Source of the DNA: Lachnospiraceae bacterium
GTDB taxonomy: Bacteria > Bacillota > Clostridia > Lachnospirales > Lachnospiraceae
Assembly (NCBI GenBank): GCA_016283775.1
Contig: JAEENL010000175.1
Coordinates: forward strand, 30,766-94,765
Reading direction: 5' to 3'
DNA: 64,000 bases
Position numbers and translations under genes: made by a program. Position 1 is the first letter of the stretch, and each line of letters starts with the position of its first letter. Positions 35,718 to 43,687 of this stretch are shown in pieces. Under the pieces are notes generated by a model, which searched no databases, was not told the origin of the DNA, and saw only the letters and a list, made by a program, of their open reading frames with translations.

Positions 35718-37211
35718 ATGGATGACAGATCTGCCTGCATATTCGGAAACGAGATGCCAAAGAAGGTCATAAAAAAGGCTGAAGCGTCAAAGCGGAAATT
35801 TGTAAAAAAATACGGTGACGACAGCAGCATTGATTATGGCCTTGAGATCGGCAAAAACCCGTATGTCGGGACAGCGCTCGGCATAATGAACGTGAAGGTC
35901 GGAAAAGAGTGCAGTGGCGGTGACTTTGACCGCGACAAGGGCATCATCGTCGGCAACATAAGGATGGGCTTCGGTCATTACAGGATATCCATGGCGATCG
36001 CATCGGCGGCGCATGCGCGAGGATACATTCCTTACTGGATGGACCTGAATTCCTATCCGGAGACCACCTGCACAAAGGTGATCGGAGCCCAGAACGACCT
36101 GTATTCCATGGGATCGAGGCTCTCTCAGAAGTCAAAGCTGTTCAACTCACTCTTCTGGGAACCCATGAACTATGAGGGCTTCAGACAGCTTTCCTACAAT
36201 GCTTCAGACCAGAAAAACGCCGAGCTGATGGCGCCTGTGTTTAAAAACGTGCCCCGTGACATCCCCGTTGTGGCGACTCATGTGTGGCCGGCGCAGGCCG
36301 CGCTCCACGCGGGAATGAAAAACGTGCTGAACGCCGTGCCGGACAACTGGCCGATGGCACTGCACTATGCCGAAGGAGCGCTGCATACAGTGCAGACCTG
36401 GTACGCATATCAGGGATACCGCATCGGAAACGGGTTCCTCAAAGAAAAAATTGTAAAACCCATGCCCAAGGATTCCCTGATGTATGTCGGTCATTACATC
36501 GATCATGAGCTGGTGTCAAACATAGAAAAAGACTGCGAAGCGAGGACCGCCCGTGTGAAAAACGGGGAACCGATGAGGTTTCTCCTTACGATCGGCGGAG
36601 CCGGCGCGCAGAAGGAGATATTTGCGGAGATCATAAAGTATCTCCTGCCTTATGTGAAGGAGAACAAAGCCGCGATATATGTGAACGTCGGCGATTACAG
36701 AAATGTGTGGGATTCGCTGAACGAAGAGATCCCCGAGATGAAAAAGATCTCAGTGGCGCATTTTGGAGACGGCATTAAGGAAAGAAGCCTTGAAGACAGG
36801 ATACCTGAGATCCTCTCCGGAAAGTTTGACGGCGAGCCGCTTGACAAAGGGATCCACGGCTTCTGGCACCAAAACATATTTGAAGCGGTCTATTGCACGA
36901 ACATACTGATGAGGATCAGCGATGTCCTTGTCACAAAGCCTTCGGAGCTTGCGTTCTATCCTGTCCCGAAACTCTTTATTAAACGCGTGGGCGGGCATGA
37001 ACAGTGGGGCGCAGTGCACTCGGCGGAGATCGGAGACGGAACGCTTGAATGCAGGGATGTACCACATACTCTGCAGATGCTGGACATGTTCCTGAAAGAC
37101 AGGACATACCTTCCGATGATGTGCGAAAACATAATACATAACAAAGCCTGCGGGATATATGACGGCGTGTACCGCGTTGTCGAAGAGGCAATGAAGCTTA
37201 AGGACAGATGA
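35718..37211 (+). CDS. GT-B-fold glycosyltransferase-like protein (MurG/MGDG-synthase-like), function unknown
   Basis: N-terminal G-loop-like NIRMGFGHYRISMAIASAA, mid TIGGAGAQKE and C-terminal VLVTKPSELAFYPVPKLFI resemble GT28-type folds. SD GGAGA lies 7 nt upstream. Confidence 0.45.
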   Translation: MDDRSACIFGNEMPKKVIKKAEASKRKFVKKYGDDSSIDYGLEIGKNPYVGTALGIMNVKVGKECSGGDFDRDKGIIVGNIRMGFGHYRISMAIASAAHARGYIPYWMDLNSYPETTCTKVIGAQNDLYSMGSRLSQKSKLFNSLFWEPMNYEGFRQLSYNASDQKNAELMAPVFKNVPRDIPVVATHVWPAQAALHAGMKNVLNAVPDNWPMALHYAEGALHTVQTWYAYQGYRIGNGFLKEKIVKPMPKDSLMYVGHYIDHELVSNIEKDCEARTARVKNGEPMRFLLTIGGAGAQKEIFAEIIKYLLPYVKENKAAIYVNVGDYRNVWDSLNEEIPEMKKISVAHFGDGIKERSLEDRIPEILSGKFDGEPLDKGIHGFWHQNIFEAVYCTNILMRISDVLVTKPSELAFYPVPKLFIKRVGGHEQWGAVHSAEIGDGTLECRDVPHTLQMLDMFLKDRTYLPMMCENIIHNKACGIYDGVYRVVEEAMKLKDR

Positions 37212-37252
37212 ACACTTCGTCATCTGCATTGAACAGACAAAAGGAGAAAATT

Positions 37253-38719
37253 ATGAACAAGACTGCTGCGGACAAAAAGAACCTGATCTTTTATCCTCTT
37301 GGCACGGTGGGGCGTGACATGGTCTATGCGCTCATTTCCAGCTATCTGCTGACTTTTGTGCTTTTTACGAGAAGCCTCACAAAAGCACAGCTTGGCGCGA
37401 TCACCGCGATCATGGTGTTTGCGCGTGTGTTTGACGCGCTCAACGATCCCATCATGGGAAACATCATCGAGAGCACAAGGACAAAATGGGGCAAATTCAA
37501 GCCCTGGCTCATTGCCGGCTGCATCACCACAGGTGGCGTCATCATCACGCTCTTCAATTCCAAACTGAACGGCTGGCCGTTCATCTGGCTCTTTGGCGCA
37601 ATGTACCTGCTTTTCAGTATCACCTATACGATGAGTGACATTTCATACTGGGGCATGGTCCCTGCGCTTTCGTCAAATGCCGACATGAGAAATCAGCTCA
37701 CGAGCCGCGCGACTCTTTTTGCAGGCATTGGCTCGACCGCTGTCTCCGTATTTCTTCCCCTTCTTACCGCAGGCACTTACTGCATAGGAGGCGATGCGCG
37801 CACAGCATATGGCGTTATTGCGATAGGTATCGCGGTCCTCACTCCTCTCTTTGCGCTCTTTACGTTCTTTGGAGTCAAGGAGACAAGGGATCTGAACAAA
37901 CAGCCGAAAACAAAGGTATCGCTTAAAAAGATCGTTTCCACGATAGGCGGAAACGACCAGCTTCTCTGGATCACCATCATCTTCCTTATCCAGCAGATCG
38001 GTAACAGCATTGTTTTCGGAGGCCTCGGAAGCACATATATCTATTTCAGCTATGGCTATGAGGGCGGAAAATATTCCACCTTTACCATTGTAGGAATGAT
38101 GGCAACGGCGGTGCTCATGGTATTTTATCCCGTGATCTCCCGTCATATCAAGAGAAAGAAGCTCATGGGCATAATGATGATAATCTCATCCGTGGGCTAT
38201 GGCATGATGTTTGGCTCGGGACTCGTGATGAAGGGTGACATTTCCTTCTGGATACTTGTCATCGGCTACATGCTCGGAAACTTCGGAAGCTACAGCTATT
38301 ACCTCATCATGATGATCTCCATCATGAACACCGTGGAATACAACGAACTCAAAAAAGGCACCAGAGACGAGGGCATCATCACATCCATCCGTCCTTTCAT
38401 CACCAAGATGGCTTCGGCAGTTGTAGTCATAGTGACTGCAGGTGTTTACGCGATGCTCGGGGTGACAGACTATACCAACCAGATCTCGGACCTTGAAAAT
38501 GCCGCAAATGCAGGCACCATCACCGATGCCGAAAAGATCTCACAGATCGCGGATGTTTTAAAGAATGTCACAAGTGGCGAGACAAACGGACTTCTTGTCT
38601 GGATCACGATAGTGCCGTTCATCTTCATGCTTGCGTCGTACTTCCTGTACAAGAAGAAATATACGCTTGACGAGGATGTTTACGAGGACATCTGCAGACA
38701 GCTCGAGGCAAAAAAGTGA
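37253..38719 (+). CDS. GPH-family (MelB-like) glycoside:cation symporter
   Basis: 12-TM MFS with a GPH-type N-terminus (IFYPLGTVGRDMVYALISSYLLTF, FDALNDPIMGNIIE). ATG 37253 follows AAGGAG. Confidence 0.85.
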   Translation: MNKTAADKKNLIFYPLGTVGRDMVYALISSYLLTFVLFTRSLTKAQLGAITAIMVFARVFDALNDPIMGNIIESTRTKWGKFKPWLIAGCITTGGVIITLFNSKLNGWPFIWLFGAMYLLFSITYTMSDISYWGMVPALSSNADMRNQLTSRATLFAGIGSTAVSVFLPLLTAGTYCIGGDARTAYGVIAIGIAVLTPLFALFTFFGVKETRDLNKQPKTKVSLKKIVSTIGGNDQLLWITIIFLIQQIGNSIVFGGLGSTYIYFSYGYEGGKYSTFTIVGMMATAVLMVFYPVISRHIKRKKLMGIMMIISSVGYGMMFGSGLVMKGDISFWILVIGYMLGNFGSYSYYLIMMISIMNTVEYNELKKGTRDEGIITSIRPFITKMASAVVVIVTAGVYAMLGVTDYTNQISDLENAANAGTITDAEKISQIADVLKNVTSGETNGLLVWITIVPFIFMLASYFLYKKKYTLDEDVYEDICRQLEAKK

Positions 38720-38761
38720 TAAGACGCTGACGGGCTTCTTTTGCCCGGACCGGAGGAAGAT

Positions 38762-41191
38762 ATGATAGTTGTTTCCCAGAATACTTTTGAACTGAAAACG
38801 GAAAATACGTCGTACATCTTTACAACGGGAGAAAACAATGAGCTGCTCCATCTTTACTATGGGGCAGCTCTGTCTCTTGAAAGCGACGGAAGACAGGCTC
38901 TTTTGCAGAAATGGTCAAATCAGAACGGATGCAGCATCGTGCATGATGAGGCTGGAAACAAGAGATGTCCGGATGATGAAAAATATGAGATTTCGGCACC
39001 GGGAACCGGGGATGTGAAGACGCCGATGGCAGCGCTGAGATACACAGACGGAGGCACTACCGGGGATTTCCGCTTTGAGAGCTATGAGATAAAGGACATA
39101 GCGGAAGTGGCAAAAGCCCACGAAGAAAGCGGGCTTCCGCATACTCACACGAAAACAAGGGGTGAGAAAAACGCGCTTGTAGTGACGCTCAAAGAAAAGA
39201 AGACAGGCGTTGTGATGAAGCTCGTTTACTGTGTTTATGAGGATTGCGACTGCATAACGCGCTCCTGTGAGGTGTGCGGGAACGGTGCGCCTGTGACGGT
39301 GGAAGCTTTGTACAGCCTGCAGCTCGATCTGGATGCGGACGCAGTGAAAGTCAGCTCTTTCCACGGCGACTGGGGAAGAGAGATGGACAAGTGTGATGTA
39401 ATGCTGTCCGGAGGCTCGTTTGTTTCGGGATCCCGCACAGGAAACTCTTCAAACCACGCGAATCCGTTTGTTATGTACGGGGAGCCCTGTGTATGCGAGA
39501 CTTCGGGAGAGTGTTATGCCACAAATCTCATCTATTCCGGGGATCACAGGGAATCGGTGGAATTTGGCGGACATGGGAAAGCACGCATTCTTACGGGCAT
39601 AAATCCTGATTTCCTTGGGTTTACTCTTTCCGAAAACGAGATATTTACCGCTCCGGAAGCCGTGATGACATATTCTTCTTCCGGATACCGCGGGATATCA
39701 AAGAACATGCACGCTTTTGTACGTTCCCATGTTGTGCGCGGGAACTGGCAGTACAAGGAAAGACCTGTACTTCTGAATTCATGGGAAGCAGCGTATTTTA
39801 AGATAACAGAGCACAAACTCCTGAAGCTCGCGCGGGCCGCAAAAGATGTGGGGATCGAGCTTTTTGTGGTGGACGACGGGTGGTTCGGAAAGAGGAATGA
39901 TGACACTTCCTCGCTCGGCGACTGGTATGACAACAAAGAAAAACTCCCTGACGGGATCGGAGCGCTCTCAAAGAAGATAAAGGACATGGGTCTCATGTTT
40001 GGCATCTGGGTGGAGCCCGAGATGGTGAACGAAGAGTCCGATCTGTTCAGAGCACATCCCGACTGGGCAGTGAGAGACGCGGCTCGCACACAGGCGCTCG
40101 GAAGAAATCAGATGATACTTGACCTCTCAAAGACAGAAGTCCAGGAGTACATCATCGAAACGATGAGCGATGTGTTTGAGCGGAGTCACGCGGACTATGT
40201 GAAATGGGACATGAACCGGAATTTCTCCGACAGGTTTTCTGCGGGGAGAGACAGCGAAGGACAGCGGAGGCTCCCGCATTCTTACATACTTGGGCTTTAC
40301 CGCGTGATGCGTGAACTCACGAAACGCTTCCCGGACATTTTGTTTGAGGGTTGCGCTTCGGGCGGAAACCGTTTTGACCTTGGAATACTGTCGTTTTTCT
40401 CGCAGATATGGGCAAGCGACGACACGGATGCTGCGGAACGCTGCAGGATCCAGGCGGGGTATTCCTACGGATATCCGCAGAGCACCTGGTCGGCACATGT
40501 TTCTGCTAGTCCCAATCACCAGACGCTGAGAAGTACGCCTCTTGAGACCCGTTTTGCGGTGGCTTCCATGGGTGTTTTCGGATATGAACTGAATCTCTGC
40601 GATCTTTCCGCGGATGAGCTGAAGGAGATAGAGACAGAAGTCGAGATCTATAAGGGGATACGCCGCACTATGCAGTTTGGGGATTTTTACAGGCTAGGCG
40701 GAAGTGTCTGCGCGGATTCGTTTGAAGGCTACACCGCCGGCTTTCTCGGGAGTAGGCTGGAAAACGCGCTTTTACGCGCATGTGTTGTTTCTCCGGATAA
40801 AAAAGATGCGGTGGGAATCCTTGTGAACGGAACAGTGAGAGCAAATTATTCCCATACAGGCTTCAGATTTGCGGGGCTTGACGACAAGGCTCTGTACCAT
40901 ATGGTGAACCGCCCGAGAAAGTTTGACGTGCGTGTGATGGGAGACCTTGTGAACACCATGGCTCCCATCCATATCAAACAGGATTCCGCGCTTCACAGAA
41001 TGGTCGCGCGGTTTGTGAAACTTGACGGAGAGACTGAAGACTACAGAGTGAGCGGTTCGCTCCTGAACAATGCAGGTGTCTCGCTCGCGCAGACCTTTGC
41101 CGGAGTCGGTTACGGGGAGAACACAAGGATATACAAGGATTTTGAGGCAAGGATGTATTTCGCGACAGAAGAGCGGGATACCGCCGGCTGA
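38762..41191 (+). CDS. GH36 alpha-galactosidase
   Basis: NSWEAAYF, VVDDGWFG, YVKWDMNR and the nucleophile/acid region CASGGNRFD. ATG 38762 follows GGAGGA. Confidence 0.88.
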   Translation: MIVVSQNTFELKTENTSYIFTTGENNELLHLYYGAALSLESDGRQALLQKWSNQNGCSIVHDEAGNKRCPDDEKYEISAPGTGDVKTPMAALRYTDGGTTGDFRFESYEIKDIAEVAKAHEESGLPHTHTKTRGEKNALVVTLKEKKTGVVMKLVYCVYEDCDCITRSCEVCGNGAPVTVEALYSLQLDLDADAVKVSSFHGDWGREMDKCDVMLSGGSFVSGSRTGNSSNHANPFVMYGEPCVCETSGECYATNLIYSGDHRESVEFGGHGKARILTGINPDFLGFTLSENEIFTAPEAVMTYSSSGYRGISKNMHAFVRSHVVRGNWQYKERPVLLNSWEAAYFKITEHKLLKLARAAKDVGIELFVVDDGWFGKRNDDTSSLGDWYDNKEKLPDGIGALSKKIKDMGLMFGIWVEPEMVNEESDLFRAHPDWAVRDAARTQALGRNQMILDLSKTEVQEYIIETMSDVFERSHADYVKWDMNRNFSDRFSAGRDSEGQRRLPHSYILGLYRVMRELTKRFPDILFEGCASGGNRFDLGILSFFSQIWASDDTDAAERCRIQAGYSYGYPQSTWSAHVSASPNHQTLRSTPLETRFAVASMGVFGYELNLCDLSADELKEIETEVEIYKGIRRTMQFGDFYRLGGSVCADSFEGYTAGFLGSRLENALLRACVVSPDKKDAVGILVNGTVRANYSHTGFRFAGLDDKALYHMVNRPRKFDVRVMGDLVNTMAPIHIKQDSALHRMVARFVKLDGETEDYRVSGSLLNNAGVSLAQTFAGVGYGENTRIYKDFEARMYFATEERDTAG

Positions 41192-41210
41192 AACTGAAAA
41201 CAGCAGATCG

Positions 41211-41246
41211 AAAGAGTCGGTTCTTATGAATTGACTCTTTTTTTCT
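41211..41246 (+). terminator. Intrinsic terminator after the GH36 gene
   Basis: The stem pairs AAAGAGTC (41211-41218) with GACTCTTT (41233-41240), followed by a T-run. Confidence 0.7.
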
Positions 41247-41462
41247 TGCGACAGATTCAATTCCGCAACAAATTGCATAGATTTTTTGGGGCCGGAAATA
41301 GGATCAAAAACCGTTCCACATCGCATTTTTACTGGCTAATTATCAGAATTATGACTTAAAAGATAGTGAATTTACTTAAACGATTAACATTGTTATAGTT
41401 GCTGCCACGGAACGTTTCAACAAGGTAAAGTGGCTATGTGAAACCGATTGTGCCACATATAT

Positions 41463-41483
41463 TTTTGTGCAAATTGCACAAAA
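41463..41483. promoter_or_regulatory. Second copy of the 21-bp palindrome TTTTGTGCAAATTGCACAAAA
   Basis: Identical to 34941-34961. Located 113 nt upstream of the GH43 lipoprotein start. Confidence 0.55.
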
Positions 41484-41504
41484 AATCGATTGCATTTTTG
41501 TATA

Positions 41505-41518
41505 TGTAATCGATTGCA
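41505..41518. promoter_or_regulatory. LacI/CcpA-type operator candidate TGTAATCGATTGCA
   Basis: Matches 13 of 14 positions of the TGWAANCGNTNWCA consensus and is near-palindromic. It is one of four AAnCGATT motifs in 41378-41516. Confidence 0.4.
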
Positions 41519-41595
41519 CAATTTTCATTTTGGGTTTATGATAAGTTTAGAATTAAAAGACAGTTTCTGAAAACTTATATGAACAGGGAGAATTT

Positions 41596-43644
41596 ATGAA
41601 ATATACAAGGGGAAAAAGGAGAACGGCTGCGCTTGCAGTTGCGATACTCACAGTATCTCTCCTCACTTCGGGGTGCGCATCCGGGGATACCGGAAAAAAC
41701 ATCTCCGAGAGTACACCGACTAACATAGCAACACCGACCGCAAGCCTTCCGACTTCGGCGCCGACACCTGAAGCAACGCCTGAAGTCACAAAGGCGGCAG
41801 TGATCCCGGAATGGAGCGCGGAAGAGCTTATGCTTGCGGATTTCATGCTCTATCGCGTGGATTGCGCGTCCCAGGAACGTGAAAGTTTTCCCGAAGGCAT
41901 CGTAGCAGGACTTTGTCAGACCGTTTCCGATATGCCGTATGGCGAAGACCCGGGAACACATCTCACCTGGGGCTACAGACCGGAAAGATCCGTGATCTCC
42001 GCGCCCGATTCTCTCGGAGAAGGGCTCACCGCATATAAATGGGTCATTGACAGAGAAAGCGAGGATATCGCCAAGGCGGAGATACGGTACGATTTTACGG
42101 TGCCTGTGGGAACATACACTGTAACGCTCGGCTTTTACAATCCGTTCGGAGTGAGAAAGATCGACGTTGACTGTGAAGACACACACTGCGTTTCGGGTGA
42201 AAAGATCCTGCGCTATCTGGAAAATGAAAAAACCTTTGACGTCGAGGTCACTGACGGTGAGCTGAACTTAAGAGTGTACAACGCGGACGCCATGAATTTC
42301 ATGGATACACCGATCTTAAGCTATATAAACATAGCCATTGAGCCGGAATACACAAGAGACCTTCTTGAAGCCGCGGTCAGCGCGATGACGGTGGAAAACG
42401 CCGGGGAGATATATACCACTGCTTCCGCAGAGGCATATCTTGACAGTCTGGAAAAGGCAAAGTCGTTCTTAAACGGCGACAACTCCGGTGAAAACGCCAT
42501 CAAACTCAGATTCAATAATCTTAGGGAGAGTTTTAAAATGCTTACAGAGAAGAACAAATATTCATCATTCCGTCCGGGCGCCGTCTGGACAGATACGGAG
42601 AATACGCCCATACAGGCTCACGGCGGCCAGGTACAGCAGCTTGAGATACCCGATCCCGAAACGGGAAAGACCGTTACCAAGTGGGTCTGGGTAGGTGAAG
42701 ACAAGACACACGGCTATCGCGGAGGCGTATGCGCATATACCTCGGATGACCTTTACAACTGGCAGTTTGAAGGCATCATCATGAGAAACGTACCTTCGAG
42801 GCACTCCCTTGAAGCTGAGGTGTATTTTAAAGAACTCTACAAAGATTACACTTCCGAACAGCTTGACAGCGTAGCGCTTGCACTTGACGCCGAGCGCGCA
42901 GTCATCGAGCGTCCGAAGCTCATCTACAACGAAAAGAACAAGCAGTACGTCCTCTGGTTCCATGCGGACGGCCCCACGGCCACCAGCGACAGTAACTATG
43001 CGGCGGCCTGCGCGGGAGTTGCCGTGAGCGACACACCTTTCGGACCTTACCGTTTTGTAGGAAGATACAGACTGAACACCTGCCCGCCCGATCAGGAGGA
43101 CAAGCACCCCCAGAGCAAGGGAATGGCGCGTGACATGAACCTGTTCAAGGATACCGACGGCACAGCATATATCATCTATTCCAGCGAGGAAAACCTTACG
43201 CTGTATATTTCAAAGCTGAACGATGATTATACCTATCTTGCGACTCCTCCGGAAACGGCAGTATACGGGAAAGATTTCATAAGGCTTTTCCCCGGCGCGC
43301 AGAGAGAAGCGCCCGCCCTTTTCCTCAAGGACGGAAAATATTATCTCATGACTTCCGGCTGCACCGGATGGGCGCCCAACCAGGCAAGATATTATGTTTC
43401 CGATTCCGTGATGGGCGAATGGGTATCAAAGGGTGATCCCTGTGTGGGCGATGACAACCGCACCACCTTCGAGTCCCAGAGCACATGCATTTTCCGCGAT
43501 GTGAACAGCGGCACATGGATCTATATGGGAGACAGATGGTTCGCGGACACGCTGAACGACTCCAGATATGTATGGCTCCCCATCGTTTTCAAGGAAAACG
43601 GAGACATGGAGATATCTTTCGTAAACGAATGGACATTACAGTAA
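41596..43644 (+). CDS. Lipoprotein: malectin/CBM-like + helical linker + GH43 domain (GH43_24 exo-beta-1,3-galactanase-like)
   Basis: Lipobox LLTSGCASG. The N-terminal beta-sandwich has YDFTVPVGTYTVTLGFYNP. The catalytic part has PIQAHGGQV, WFHADG, ARDMNLFKDTDGTAYIIYSSEEN and REAPALFLKDGKYYLMTSGCTGW. The subfamily call is from memory. Confidence 0.7.
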   Translation: MKYTRGKRRTAALAVAILTVSLLTSGCASGDTGKNISESTPTNIATPTASLPTSAPTPEATPEVTKAAVIPEWSAEELMLADFMLYRVDCASQERESFPEGIVAGLCQTVSDMPYGEDPGTHLTWGYRPERSVISAPDSLGEGLTAYKWVIDRESEDIAKAEIRYDFTVPVGTYTVTLGFYNPFGVRKIDVDCEDTHCVSGEKILRYLENEKTFDVEVTDGELNLRVYNADAMNFMDTPILSYINIAIEPEYTRDLLEAAVSAMTVENAGEIYTTASAEAYLDSLEKAKSFLNGDNSGENAIKLRFNNLRESFKMLTEKNKYSSFRPGAVWTDTENTPIQAHGGQVQQLEIPDPETGKTVTKWVWVGEDKTHGYRGGVCAYTSDDLYNWQFEGIIMRNVPSRHSLEAEVYFKELYKDYTSEQLDSVALALDAERAVIERPKLIYNEKNKQYVLWFHADGPTATSDSNYAAACAGVAVSDTPFGPYRFVGRYRLNTCPPDQEDKHPQSKGMARDMNLFKDTDGTAYIIYSSEENLTLYISKLNDDYTYLATPPETAVYGKDFIRLFPGAQREAPALFLKDGKYYLMTSGCTGWAPNQARYYVSDSVMGEWVSKGDPCVGDDNRTTFESQSTCIFRDVNSGTWIYMGDRWFADTLNDSRYVWLPIVFKENGDMEISFVNEWTLQ

Positions 43645-43687
43645 CTCACATCACGACAGCAGTGTAAAGTGGAGTGCGAAACTAAAG

